A stretch of 63,811 bases of DNA, filler included, from Octopus bimaculoides (GCF_001194135.2; 8 parts of 8 records of this genome joined end to end with filler, not necessarily neighbours in it); one strand, 5' to 3'; counted from the whole stretch's first letter, positions 1-12,010 are shown. Program-made: numbers and translations. Notes: a model not told the origin generated them from the sequence alone.

Positions 1-269
1 TATATATATATATATATTTATATACATATATATGCATATTTATATATATATTTATATTTATAAATATATGTATATATATATATATATATGTATGTATATA
101 TATGTATATATATATACACACTTCAATCAAACTGTCCAACCCATGCCAGCATGGAAAACGGACATGAAACAATGATGATGATATACGACAGGCTTCTTTC
201 AGTTTCCATCTACCAAATCCANNNNNNNNNNTGATTTTCAGCTAGCAAGACTTGTCGTAGATGGCATAA

Positions 270-306
270 TAAGTCACACTCGGACAAGGTCGGGTCATAC
301 TGCTAG
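270..306 (+). mobile_element. Helitron 3' terminus (hairpin + CTAG|T)
   Basis: CTCGGACAAGGTCGGG hairpin (279-294), then 8 nt, then CTAG (303-306) and a T of a (TA)n run; same architecture as the terminus at 1611. Confidence 0.6.
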
Positions 307-318
307 TATATATATATA

Positions 319-1542
319 AGAATTAAATATTGAGGATAGAAATTAATGTTATTAAATAATATAAATCTAAACCAGTGGCCTAGCATACTTAAAAATGCCC
401 GAAGACTATAAATTATATTACATATATAAATAAGAAGAATAGCCACCAAGGTGGATTCTAATATGCTAGAAGAAGAGGCCAACTCGCCTTATCACAGAGA
501 ATATGTTCTCAAAAATTTTAGCGATTGCCAGAATGTATGCAAGCAAGACAAAATAAAGCAATTAACTCCATGCCTTAAGATTTTGCTATCAATGATCCCT
601 AATGTGATTATCTGTAGCTCTTCAGTGAAGTCATTGCAGGATACATAATCTATGGAACTAGATACAAAACGTCCTTGCAACAGAGAACATGCATAAAGGT
701 CCATTAATTATGTATCAGGATCTCATTTTACAAAATGTCTTTACACTGGTGTGCCCAAACCAGAAAGAACTCAGCGATTAATAAAGTTCTGCAGCAAAAC
801 CACCGGCTAGAGAACATGGCTATTTAAAAATTAAATAATGAGGGTAGAAATTCATCATCATCATCGTTGTCGTTTAACGTCCGCATTCCATGCTAGCATG
901 GGTTCGACGATTTGACTGAGGACTGGTGGACCAGGTGGCTACACCAGGCTCCAATATGATTTGGCAGAGTTTCTACAGCTGGATGCTCTTCCTAATGCCA
1001 AAATGCCCTAAATAACGCCAAATTAATATTATTAAATAATATCAATCTAAACCAGTGGCCTAGCATACTTCAAAATGTCTGAAGACTATAAATTATATTA
1101 CTTATATAAATAAGAGAAATAGCCACTAAGGTGGATTCCTAATATGCGGAGGAATAGCCAGCAAGATAGATTCCTAATATTCCTAATATGCAGATTTCTT
1201 TCCGGTTTTGGTGTGCCAGTGTGAAGACATTTGAAAAATGAGATCCTGATATATAATTGGTGGAACTTTATGCATGTTCTCTGTCATGGGGACGTTTTGT
1301 ATCGAGTTCTGCAGATTATGCATCCTGCAACGACTTCACTAAAGAGCTACGGATGATCACATTAGGGATCATTCATAGTGAAATCTAAAGGTATGGAGTT
1401 AATTGCTCTATTTTGTCTCCTTTCATCTGTCTTGCTCACATACATTCTGGCATTTGCTAAAATCTTTGAGAACATATACTTTGTGGTAAGGCGATTTGGC
1501 ATCTTTTTCTAGCATATTAGGAATCCACCTTGGTGGCTATTC

Positions 1543-1548
<6 letters not shown>
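319..1548 (+). mobile_element. TA-embedded non-autonomous element with A-B...B' layout (~340-bp inverted arms)
   Basis: ~430-770 is the reverse complement of ~1195-1548 (AATAGCCACCAAGGTGGATTC vs GAATCCACCTTGGTGGCTATT); a second A + short B copy lies at 826-1145; (TA)n on both flanks. Confidence 0.7.
853..1019 (-). mobile_element. 5'-truncated SINE/RTE-type 3' tail inserted into the A segment
   Basis: Reverse complement matches 9357-9522 and ends in (GAT)n; flanked by AAATT at 848-852 and 1020-1024; the uninterrupted site is at 339-350. Confidence 0.8.
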
Positions 1549-1610
<62 letters not shown>

Positions 1611-2539
1611 CTAGCAGCTAAGCCTGGTTTCACCCGGCCTGTTTGAATGATGTGGCTGTGATCATTTTCAGTTAGGCATAATCTATAACAGCGTTTCTCA
1701 ACCTTATCATTTCAGGTCCCCTGTTTCGACTGGAGCCTCCAGCTGTATGAAAATTTCCTGACCCCTCCCCACTTGTCAGAAAACAGCTTCAGGAGTTGTG
1801 AAGAACGAATTTGTATGTAGTCTGATTCTGAGAGCTATTCTATTGGATATCTGTCCAATTAAAACATTGGGTGATCTTTCGATATGGAAACACATGGCTG
1901 TCACTTACAAACCACTTAAAAACTATGTGTGTTTATTTACATTTTTGAAGATGATCGTTGGTTTCCATAAAAAAATTTTATTTTTTTAATATGGGGTTGG
2001 GTGGAAAGAGGATCTTTTGAATACTGCATGAAAGCGAAAGAGACAGAGAGAGCGTAATTGTATGAGTGAAGTTCATTTGAAGTTGGCATGAAGCGGAAGA
2101 ACTGATGTGCATGCGTGAGTGTGTGTGTGTATGTGTACGTGTGTGTTTGATGGGGTGTGCGAGACAGAATGTGTGGTGTGTATGTGAATTGCTTTTGTTA
2201 GTGTGTGTGAAGAGACAGAGAGAGTAATGTTGCTGGTGTGTGTGTATGTGTGAGAAAGAGAGAGATAACTGAAAATTTTTATTCACTTTTTGTCGTGAGT
2301 GAATGTGTGAGTGATTGACAGAGAAAAAGAGAGAGAGAGAGGTTATGTATGTATGAATGGCTTCAGTGACACACACACGCACACAGGTTGTTATGTATGT
2401 ATGTATGTATACATAGATGTATGTATCTATGTATGGCCAAGAGAGAGTAAACTGAAATTTTGTTATTCACTTTTTGTAGTGCGTGAATGTGTGAGTGACT
2501 GACAGAGAAAAGGAAAGAGAGGTTATTTATGTATGTATG

Positions 2540-2571
<32 letters not shown>

Positions 2572-2873
2572 AATGGCTTTGGCTGACTGTCATTCTGTAC
2601 TCCCCTTGTTGCTACCAAAATGGTATATGCCAGCTGTGTGAGCAACTGGTTTTAATGGTGAGGGAATTCCATTAGTAAAGGTTTTAATTGATTTTCTCGG
2701 TAAATATGAGTGCGGGGGGGGGGGGCTATGAAAAAAATACAAACTGCATTCCAATTTATGTACCCGTCTCCACATGTGTGCCATTTTTCACGCGAATCCA
2801 CCCAGCCATTTGGCTATGAACCTCAAGACAAGAAAGAATACAACGATCGCCCATGTCCAATTTATATGAAAGA
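1611..2873 (-). mobile_element. Non-autonomous Helitron, 1263 bp
   Basis: Minus strand begins TC (2873-2872) after A (2874) and ends CTAG (1614-1611) before T (1610); hairpin at 1622-1638, 7 nt from CTAG; no TSD; internal ~70-bp repeats (2258-2328, 2441-2510) and GT/GTAT microsatellites. Confidence 0.8.
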
Positions 2874-2887
2874 TATACATATGTATA

Positions 2888-3342
2888 TTTATATATTTAT
2901 ATATATACATATAAGAGGGATGACCACTAAGTGGAAATCCATTATGCTAGATGTAGACCCCCATATAGTCTGACCACTAAGAAAAAATTGTTCTCAAGAA
3001 AATTCAGCACTCATGAATTGCGGACATTTACATATGTAAATATGTAAATGGTAACAATGAAATCTGGTATGTGACTAATCATTATATTTTGTATCTTTCC
3101 ATTTGTCTTGCTCACTTACGTTCTGGCGTTTGCTGAATTTTCTTGAGAACAATCTTTTCTTAATGATCAGACCATATGGGGTCTACATCTAGCATATTGG
3201 ATGTCCATTTAATGGTCCTCCCTCTTATATGTATATAATATAATTTTTCTGAATCTTCAGATTTTTTCAATACACTAGGCCACTAGTTTAAATTGATATT
3301 AATCTAATTAATAATTCAATTTTTGACCCTTATTATTTAAAT
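2888..3342 (-). mobile_element. Second, shorter, diverged copy of the A-B...B' family
   Basis: ~2888-3008 is inverted relative to ~3128-3232; 3240-3342 is the reverse complement of the A segment (CTAGGCCACTAGTTTA vs TAAACCAGTGGCCTAG); (TA)n flanks. Confidence 0.7.
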
Positions 3343-3928
3343 ATATACATATATATATATATATACGACAGGCTTTTTTCAGTTTCCATCAAACAAATCC
3401 ACCCATAAGGCTTTAGTCGGCCTGAAGCTANNNNNNNNNNNNNNNNNNNNNNNNNNNNNNNNNNNNNNNNNNNNNNNNNNNNNNNNNNNNNNNNNNNNNN
3501 NNNNNNNNNNNNNNNNNNNNNNNNNNNNNNNNNNNNNNNNNNNNNNNNNNNNNNNNNNNNNNNNNNNNNNNNNNNNNNNNNNNNNNNNNNNNNNNNNNNN
3601 NNNNNNNNNNNNNNNNNNNNNNNNNNNNNNNNNNNNNNNNNNNNNNNNNNNNNNNNNNNNNNNNNNNNNNNNNNNNNNNNNNNNNNNNNNNNNNNNNNNN
3701 NNNNNNNNNNNNNNNNNNNNNNNNNNNNNNNNNNNNNNNNNNNNNNNNNNNNNNNNNNNNNNNNNNNNNNNNNNNNNNNNNNNNNNNNNNNNNNNNNNNN
3801 NNNNNNNNNNNNNNNNNNNNNNNNNNNNNNNNNNNNNNNNNNNNNNNNNNNNNNNNNNNNNNNNNNNNNNNNNNNNNNNNNNNNNNNNNNNNNNNNNNNN
3901 NNNNNNNNNNNNNNNNNNNNNNNNNNNN

Positions 3929-3965
<37 letters not shown>

Positions 3966-3980
3966 TATATATATATATAT

Positions 3981-4334
3981 ACGACAGGCTTTTTTCAGTT
4001 TCCATCAAACAAATCCACCCATAAGGCTTTAGTCGGCCTGAAGCTATAGTAGAAGACACAGAGTGGGACCAAACCCTGAACCATGTGGTTGGGAAGCAAG
4101 CTTCTTACCACACAGCCATGCCTGTTCCTATTTACTCATTTACTTGTTTCAGTCGTTTGACTGCAGCCATGCTGGAGCACCACCTTTAGTTGAACAAATT
4201 GAGCCCAGAACTTATTCTTTGTAAACCTAGTACTTATTCTATCATCTCTTTTGCCAAACTGCTAAGATACAGGGACGTAAACACACCAGCATCTGTTGTC
4301 AATCGATGGTGCAGGGACAAACACAGACACACAA

Positions 4335-4393
<59 letters not shown>

Positions 4394-4540
4394 CGACAGG
4401 CTTCTTTCAGTTTCCATCAACAAAAGGCTTTGGTCAGCCTGAGGCTATAGCAGAAGACACTTGCCCAAAGTGCCATGCAGTGGGGCTGAACTCAGAACCA
4501 AGTGGTTGGTAAGCAAGCTACTTACCACGCAGCCACTCCT
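3981..4540 (-). mobile_element. Two adjacent tRNA-derived OK-like SINE copies (partial 3981-4125; near full-length 4133-4540)
   Basis: Match to the reverse complement of 58617-59020, including the tRNA-like head and internal CA/TA microsatellite. Confidence 0.8.
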
Positions 4541-4686
4541 GATATATATATTGTTGAAATATTATGTAATTATGATAATTTTGAACTTAAGGTGAGTCAT
4601 ATTTTCCAATGCAACACTATTGATATGGTTTAAGCATTAAAAAAGGTCCATAAAGCAGAAGAAAATGCCCATAAATTTTAACTTAC

Positions 4687-6717
4687 CTCCAAGCTCGAAC
4701 TTCTTTTAGAGTATTTGTTTGAATTGGCATTGAATTTTAATATTTTCGAAGATGATCCACTGCTACAAACAGTGGCCTCGTTTTTGTAGGAGTGATAATC
4801 CATGTTTGTGATAACTGTGTGCCCAGAACATGGCTTAGCTCTGCAATCATCTGATTCTAAATGATTGTTAGTTTTCTTGACATCTGATTCGGAAGAAGTT
4901 GCATTTATTTCAGGAACAGCTTTGTCAGGTTTCTGTGGAAGACAGCGTTTTATTCGAAAAAGATTCTGGTAGTTCTTTAAAGACTTTTTGTTTTTAACAG
5001 TTGATGGGAACAGTTTGGATTTTTTTAGAATTAATTCATCAGGTAATTTGGAGTTGACAACTGTTTTTAGTTTAGGATTTTTACTCTGTGATACATTTTG
5101 TTTTTTATTTAAATGTGGAATAATCTCTTTGAAACTAATGACATTTAAGCCAGAATCCAGCTCTGCTTTGAACTCACCTGTAGCTCTATTTTCTTGTTTA
5201 ATTTTCATCTCTTCACTCAAAGGGTTCACTCGATTTTGTGTGTATTTTCTTACCCTCCTTTGTAATTCAAACAAATTTAACTTCCATTCAAGATCTTTTC
5301 TATTTCTTTGATTATATTTTAATGAAATTTGGCTGAGAATTCTTTGGTTTGGAGCAGTTATGCTCAATTGTTTTTTTAGTGAAAAATGTTTTACAACATT
5401 TGCGGTTCTAGGACACCTCTTTGCTTCAGCTTCACTACAAAAGGAACTTCGGTTATTCAAATTAACTTCTTTTTGGGTTGATTTTGTCATTAGTGAACTA
5501 TTTCTATCTATATTAGCCTTCATTTGTCCAGTTACTGTAGAAAATGGTCTGACTTTAGAATAAAATGCATTTGAACGATTCAATTCTCTGGTTCTAGATT
5601 TAAAACCCACACTTTCACTGCATGCATTGACACCTGTAATGCTTTGCCTCAACTGTTCAATAGTGGTGTCTCTATTTTCTTTATTCTCTTTTATTTTACG
5701 ATATATCTGATTCAACCAGTTGTCATTTGAAGAACTCAGCTTTTGGTTGTTAAGTGATACAACCATTTCATGAAACAAATGTAACTTTGGTTTACCATCT
5801 CCAAACTCCTCTGTCTTTTCTGCATAATTTGGCTTTTTAAAGTGTTTTGGGGGCAATAATAATTTCTTAGTTAAAATAGTTTTAGACTTTGGATATTTCT
5901 CACTTGGAATATAATTAAATGAGGAACTTGACTGTATCTTATATGATACTAAACTATTAGAAACATTCTGTATTTCTCCAAGAACAGACTGTTGGGAAAG
6001 AATTTGTTGTTTAAGGGACTGGCTTTTATCTCTAAATGTATGTGATGAGTTTATTTGTTTGTCTTTCATGAAATGATTTTTTGTTGGTGTTGATGTTAAA
6101 GAGTTTCTGACAGATAATACATTAGACAAATTATCAGTTTTTCTTTTAATTTCATTCAACTCAGAAATTCTTTCAGATATTGCTTTAGACTGGACAATAT
6201 GTCTAAGGCCAGGAGATCCTGTCTTAGACCAGTCATTTTGTTTTTTACAATATGCAGCTTTTAAAATCATATTATTGACTTTAATATCTATATTTTGTAG
6301 TTTGACACAAGGTTCCGAGCCATTACTAACTGGTTTATGATGAACCATTCTTTCTGTACAATGAAGATTGTTAGTCTTTTGTTTTGGAGACCATATTGGC
6401 GTATCTTTAAATTGATCATTACAAATTTTAATTCTTGGGCTAATACAGTTTTGGTTTCTTTTATTGATGCTTTTTGACTGATGAAAATGTTTGTCTTGAG
6501 TGAGTTCTGTCAGATCAATATGAAGTGTCTTTGAATTTGTTTGAAGTTCTTCAGTTCCTTGATTGTTGATTCGTTCTATGTGTGTTTTTTGTTGAGCCAA
6601 GTTATCAAATGTTTGAACCAACTCTAATAATTTGTTCTTACTGAGTTGAAAATTATTATCTGGTTCAAATATTTTGGCTGATTTCCTTGAATTTGAACAT
6701 CGGTGGAAATGGTCTAA
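4687..6717 (-). CDS. Large internal coding exon (2031 nt, 677 codons) of an unidentified K/N/S/Q-rich, probably disordered protein
   Basis: Stop-free frame from 6717 to 4687; upstream in-frame TAG (6720-6718) is the AG of an acceptor TCTCTTCCTTTTTAG with CTAAC branch motif at 6744-6740; donor GAG|GTAAGT at 4687/4686; length divisible by 3. No domain recognised. Confidence 0.8.
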
Positions 6718-7014
6718 CTAAAAAGGAAGAGACTTGCCTGTTAGAATGTTACCTTGTATATTGTCAGGCAGAACACGATTCCAAGATTCATTCATTTTGG
6801 CAGGACTGAAATATCAATAATTAGTATTACAAATTATAATCAAAATATCAATAAGTTTTATATGAAAAATATATAATTTATAAGTTCATATTTACCATTA
6901 TATAAGAGATAGATCTGTCTAAGTAAGCAAAAATTTTAGTTTCATACTTTAATTTAAATTTTTGTCACCCACTATTATGCTTCTTTTAGATTAGAAAAAG
7001 TATTGTATCATCAT

Positions 7015-7060
<46 letters not shown>

Positions 7061-7232
7061 TCTCTCTCCTTCCCTTGTATCCATCCACCACTCATTTTCT
7101 TAAACTTAATGCTTTCTAATCTTTCTTTGTAATAGTTCCACTCACTTGAAGGGGATCTTAGACTTGCGAGCTACATTTTGACCTCACAAGAGCCAATACC
7201 ATGAAAAAAACCCACCCAACATGGTTAATTGA

Positions 7233-7358
7233 TTGGCATTAGGAAGGGCATCGGCCACAGGAACCGTGCCAAAGCATGGTTTCTGTGCATCAGATACTGT
7301 CAAACCACTTAGCCTATTCCAGCATGGAGAACAGATGTTAAATGTGATGATGATGATG
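7233..7358 (+). mobile_element. SINE/RTE-type 3' tail
   Basis: TTGGCATTAGGAAGGGCATC...CCAGCATGGAGAACAGATGTTAAATG(ATG)n, same family as 9357-9522. Confidence 0.7.
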
Positions 7359-7619
7359 ACGAAGGAGGAGAAGGAGGGGAGGATGGGGGAGGGNNNNNNN
7401 NNNNNNNNNNNNNNNNNNNNNNNNNNNNNNNNNNNNNNNNNNNNNNNNNNNNNNNNNNNNNNNNNNNNNNNNNNNNNNNNNNNNNNNNNNNNNNNNNNNN
7501 NNNNNNNNNNNNNNNNNNNNNNNNNNNNNNNNNNNNNNNNNNNNNNNNNNNNNNNNNNNNNNNNNNNNNNNNNNNNNNNNNNNNNNNNNNNNNNNNNNNN
7601 NGTTCATCTATGTCAATAA

Positions 7620-8090
7620 TAATAATAATCCTTTCTACTAAGGGCACAAGGCCTGAAATTTGTGGGGAGGGGATAGATCGATTACATTGACTCTGGTGTT
7701 TCACTGGTACTTAATTTACTGACAGCAAAAGGATGAAAGGCAAAGTTGACCTTGGCAGAATTTGAACTCAGAACATAAAGATGGACGAATGCCACTAAGC
7801 ATTTTGCCTGGCATGCTAATGATTCTGCCAGCTCGCTGCCTTAATAACAATAATAATAATAATCTTTTCTACTATAGGCACAAGGCCTGAAACGTAGTGG
7901 TGGTGAAGAGACTAGCCAGTTACATCGACCCCAGTGTTTCACTGGTACTTAATTTATCAATCCTGAGAGGATGAAAGGCAAAGTTGACCTCGGTGGCATT
8001 TGAACTCAGAACACAAAGACATGCGAAATACCGCTAAGCATTTTGCCTGGCTTGCTAACAATTCTGCCAGTTTGCCACCTTAATAATAAT
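7620..8090 (-). mobile_element. Head-to-tail pair of tRNA-derived SINEs (OR-like, Meta/MESC-type core)
   Basis: 7620-7850 and 7855-8090 are two diverged copies (GGATGAAAGGCAAAGTTGACC...ATTTGAACTCAGAAC) separated by (TAA)n; B-box GAGTTCAAAT on the minus strand. Confidence 0.8.
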
Positions 8091-8439
8091 AATAATAATG
8101 GTGGAGATGATAATAAGACCTACCAATCCAAGGGATTGAAGTAATGGAATTGTAAGAACATCAGATCAGATACCTTACATTTATTTCAGCTCTTTGTGTT
8201 CCATGTTCTAATTCAACCATGATCTACATGGGTGGCAGACTCTTTCTTTTGTCCAGTTTAACAAGTCTACATGGTACCTTGAGAGCTTTTTGCAGAGTTC
8301 ACTCAGTTGCAAGCATTTGGTCAGGTCTCCAGTTGGAGAACACCTTATTACCTTCCCGCCTCCATTCCACCAGTCTTCGAGGTTATCAGCACAGCTTTCC
8401 CACCTGACTAAAAAGAGTAATATGTATATCATCATCATC

Positions 8440-8850
8440 ATCAACAACATTTAATGTCTGCTTTCCATGCTGGCATAGATTTGATGACTTGACAGGAACT
8501 GGCAAGGCCAGGAGCTGCAACAGGTTCCAAAGTTTGTTTTGGTTTGGTTTCTAAAGCTGGATGCACTTCCTAACACCAACCACTTTACAGAGTGTAGTGG
8601 GTGCTTTATACGTGGCACCATCACTAGTGGTTCTTACTGGTTTCATATTTTTAGTACAAGGACAGCAATTTCAGGAGAGGGCGTAAATTGATTGTCCTGA
8701 CCCCAGTACTTAACTGGTACTTATTTTATCAAGTGTGAGGAAATGAAAGGCAAAGTCGACCTTCACAGTATTTGAACCCAGAATGTAAAGAGGGACAAAA
8801 TGTCACTCAGCATTTTACCCAGTATGCTAAAGGTTCTGGCATCTCACTTC
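8440..8850 (-). mobile_element. RTE-type tail (8440-8600) followed by a degraded OR-like SINE (~8650-8850)
   Basis: Similarity to 853-1019 and to 7620-7850 respectively. Confidence 0.65.
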
Positions 8851-9356
8851 CATTCATATATATATATATTATCAATGTCACATATGTACTTAACATATAT
8901 GTGTTGTTAAAAACTGTGGTATTTTGTTTAAAGGAGATCTCTTTAAAGATGTAGAGTGTTAAAATACATAACATACTTTAAAGCTGGACAAAAGGAAATC
9001 ACCCCAGAAGTGAACGAGAGCATCACATGCAGATATTTCATAGTCATTTCTTCTCATCATTGGCAGATATTCCTCCACATCCAAAATTACTTGTACAGAG
9101 AACAGGGCTGGTAAAATCCAGGTTACGTGTTTCCTAGCTAGCAGAACCTCGGAAGAAATAATTACTCAATGAAGAGTACTTCACTAGCTACACATCAGGC
9201 CAAAGATATCTTAGTTAAATGAAGGTTACATTGTTGTCAAGGGGTGCCAAGTTAACACACAGGAGATTTGATTGAAAATGAGAGGAAAGCACAGAGTGAG
9301 AGGACACACACACACACACACACATATATATGTATGTATGTATATATATATACACT

Positions 9357-9522
9357 CTCTGAGTGGTTGGCGTTAGGAAGGGCATCCAGCTGTAGAAACT
9401 CTGCCAAATTAGATTGGAGCCTGGTGTTGCCATCCGGTTTCACCAGTCCTCAGTCAAATCGTCCAACCCATGCTAGCATGGAAAGCGGACATTAAACGAC
9501 GATGATGATGATGATGATGATG
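9357..9522 (+). mobile_element. SINE/RTE-type 3' tail with (GAT)n end
   Basis: TGGTTGGCGTTAGGAAGGGCATCCAGCTGTAGAAAC...CCATGCTAGCATGGAAAGCGGACATTAAACGAC(GAT)n. Confidence 0.8.
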
Positions 9523-9562
9523 TACATATATATATGTATATGTATGTATGTATGTATATATA

Positions 9563-10340
9563 CAGGGGGTTGAACAAAATAACGGAAATGCCTAGCATCA
9601 CAGCATCATAATTTTGAAATATCTATAAAACTGTCAAAAGCTTATTTATTTTTATGCTTTTTTATTTATTATTAGTGTTGCTTAATATGTTTTGCTAAAA
9701 TTGCTGTTTCTTTTCAGTAAAAGGTAATTAAAATTCATTAAAATGACAGATCTATCAGACTTTCAAAGATATCAAATTGTTGGTGCTCATATGGCAGGTG
9801 TGTGCATAATGAAAACAGCCAAAATGTTTGGTGTATCAAGAAGTACTGTCCCGAAAGTAATGACAGCCTTTGAGAAAGAGGGAAAAACCTCCTCGTCGGA
9901 ACAAAACTTTCAGATAGGAAACGTTGAATTGTTAGAAAGGATCACAAAAGTACAGCTCTCAAAATTACTGCAGAGCTTAATGACCACTTCGAGAACCNNN
10001 NNNNNNNNNNNNNNNNNNNNNNNNNNNNNNNNNNNNNNNNNNNNNNNNNNNNNNNNNNNNNNNNNNNNNNNNNNNNNNNNNNNNNNNNNNNNNNNNNNNN
10101 NNNNNNNNNNNNNNNNNNNNNNNNNNNNNNNNNNNNNNNNNNNNNNNNNNNNNNNNNNNNNNNNNNNNNNNNAATGGAGGAGGATCTGTGATGATCTTGA
10201 GGGCTATATCTTGGAAATCCACCAGCCCAATGGTTTTCCTTCATGGCAGAGTTAATAATCAAGACTATTTAAGCATTTTATTTGATCAAATTCATCTTAT
10301 GGCTGCAGAACTGTTTCCAGAGAGAAACACAATCTTTCAA
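9563..10340 (+). mobile_element. Tc1-family DNA transposon remnant
   Basis: Starts TA|CAGGGGGTTGAACAAAATAACGGAAA; encodes Tc1 HTH MTDLSDFQRYQIVGAHMAG...TAKMFGVSRSTV, and after the gap a DDE-region fragment (GGGSVMI.RAISW...GRVNNQDYLSIL...IFQ); frameshifted and 3'-truncated. Confidence 0.85.
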
Positions 10341-10970
10341 CTTGTTCAGAGGCCTTGCAATGAGGATTATCCTCCACACTTCCCTTAGCAAAGAGAAGGG
10401 TCCTGTCAGAGGGCCCTGGCTGATTTGGGCAAGGTGATGTGGACTCCTCCTCTCTAGTGAATTTCACAATCACTCTATTAACTGTAGAAAGTGGGATCCC
10501 AAGGTTTTCTGCACTTTTACGCTATGTCTACCTTCAGAATGACCCACAATATGGCCTCTTTGAAATTCAGAGAGTTCCAAGGCATGATTAAATAGTTACA
10601 TATAGAAACTGAAACAAAAATGTCAATTAATAAAAAATATAAACCATTACAAGATAGAATATGCATAAAACGATGTTTTATAGGGTGTCTGTTTACTTCT
10701 GTCATGTGCGTGTATAGTCACAATGAGGATATTTAAACTTCTTATAGGGATATTTATCCAAGATACACTGGTTTGATATATTAAATTTTGAAGAGATAAT
10801 TCTTCAATGGATATATTATATAGAATATTATAAAATATCAAACATTTTTATTGAGTTAGAAAACAGTGAGTTGTAAAGGATACAATTAATTGATTGATTA
10901 ATACGTATACATATAATATATGTGTGTGTGTGTGTGTGTGTATACATCTTCCCATAAAATGTCATTTTCC

Positions 10971-12010
10971 CTAAAAATCATACTTGTTTTCTTGAAATAC
11001 CACAAGCAATTTTTGACATTTCTTGAAAGTAGGCCTTCCAATCTTTTTCCATGTATCAATGTTTATTATCGAGATATTGCTACTTTTATCCAATTGTAAT
11101 TTCATATTTTCATTATTTATTTTTACAGATACAAATTTTCTTTTTTGTACCTTGCTTTCTGTTATTGTTGAGAACACTTATTTACTTGCACTTTCATTCA
11201 GCCTTTTGTCCTTTAACCAACAATGTGAATCCTTATGTCCTGTTTTGCCACAACCAAAACATTTTTCATTTTTATAAGGGCAGTCCCTTTTAAAATGTAT
11301 TTCACCACACCCATAGCATGGTTTAGGTCTAGGTTGTTATATTTTCTCCTTTTTTTGTTATAGGTTGACATGCCTGTATATTTACATCGTCCCTTTCAAT
11401 TCTTTCTGTGTCTTGTCGTAAATTAATTATCTTTAGGGATTCTTCCACCACTGTTTGTAAAGTTAATTTAGTATCTTGCTCTAATTTTGTTAATATTTGA
11501 TCTTGTATTTCTCCATCTTTACTTGCAGTTAATCCTTTTATGAAGATTAAACATTTGAGCATGTCTGGAGTCAACTCGCTTATCTTGAATTTTTCACATT
11601 CTTTGTTTATGATACCTGCATATGTAACAAAGTCATCTGTTTCATTCTTTTTCAAATTCAAGCATTCCCAGTGAATGTTAAATAAAGAACTCCTTTCGCT
11701 GAATATCTTTGCTAGCAGACTAATTGTTTCCTCAAAACAAATTTCTAGCGGTTTCCTTGGCAAGATGAAATTGCAGTATATTTCATGTTCTGCTGGTGCT
11801 AATTTTTGTAAGAGAAGCCTTACCTTCTTTCTTTTGTCCAACTTTTATGTTCTTCCTTAAATATTTCCTCATAACTTCTAAAGTATGCTGGAAACATAAT
11901 CCCTTCTTCAGGATTATAGACGAATTCCTTAATCGAATTAGCTACTCCGTCCACCAAAAACAAACTTGATGTGTTCTTCGGTTGCAGCAATAATTCAAAC
12001 AACTGCTGAG
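10971..12010 (-). pseudogene. Ty3/Gypsy LTR retrotransposon gag-protease fossil
   Basis: Gag-like segments (IKEFVYNPEEGIMFPAYFRSYEEIF; KVRLLLQKLAPAEHEIYCNFILP...LIFIKGL); two zinc knuckles CYGCGEIHFKRDC and CFGCGKTGHKDSHC (11318-11220); decayed protease motif KLQLDKSSNISII; several frameshifts. Confidence 0.85.

Noticed and set aside
3364-4047. Identical 67-bp segment on both sides of the gap (3364-3430 = 3981-4047)
   Set aside because: Most likely overlapping contig ends (negative gap), not a real duplication.
4988-5563. Plus-strand ORFs (107 aa, 67 aa)
   Set aside because: Antisense shadows of the long minus-strand exon.
8190-8450. 80-aa Cys/Trp-rich minus ORF and possible exon
   Set aside because: Starts in an (ATG)n SINE tail; no consistent splice pair keeps a frame open; no recognisable homology.
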